Below, piece by piece: positions 35,615-35,626 of a DNA stretch of 35,626 nt. The position numbers and the translations under genes were made by a program. The notes beneath the pieces were generated by a model. The model had not been told where the DNA came from. It was given only the letters and a program-made list of their open reading frames with translations, and ran no database searches. Source of the DNA: Collodictyon triciliatum (Eukaryota); contig JBHJMP010000236.1 in NCBI GenBank assembly GCA_043381765.1, positions 1-35,626 on the forward strand. The letters are read 5' to 3'. Each line of letters begins with the position of its first letter. Within the stretch, counting starts at the first letter, position 1.

Positions 35615-35626
35615 TAATAATGATAA
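35447..35626. repeat. Two (AAT)n trinucleotide tracts (35447-35475 and 35548-35626) flanking a short GC-richer island
   Basis: Directly visible at the window end. Confidence 0.95.

Overview
This is a gapped eukaryotic (protist-like) scaffold with AT-rich sequence, many microsatellites and very dense short introns (mostly ~50-250 nt), so the ORF track shows only exon fragments. I assembled the genes by hand from splice junctions. In order they are: (1) one spliced gene joining ~9 ankyrin repeats to a degenerate 4CL/luciferase-type adenylate-forming domain, a long disordered linker and the start of a second AMP-binding domain; (2) UBA5; (3) an intronless 896-aa membrane protein made of two internally homologous halves; (4) an intronless ORF with a Gln-Thr repeat; (5) COQ5 (-); (6) an internal fragment of dynein-2 heavy chain (-); (7) a ~40-exon PHD-PHD-chromo-chromo-SNF2 CHD3/Mi-2/PICKLE-type remodeller (-); (8) a DDT-WHIM1/2/3 protein (-). 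The most notable signals are the ankyrin/pseudo-adenylation fusion and a forced non-GT intron in dynein. That intron reads best as a U12-type AT-AC intron but overlaps an equal-length GC-AG solution. Also notable are very degenerate splice signals, the duplicated intronless membrane protein, and N-gaps far too short for the missing parts of dynein. Exon boundaries were read by eye and may be off by a few bases. No database searches were run.
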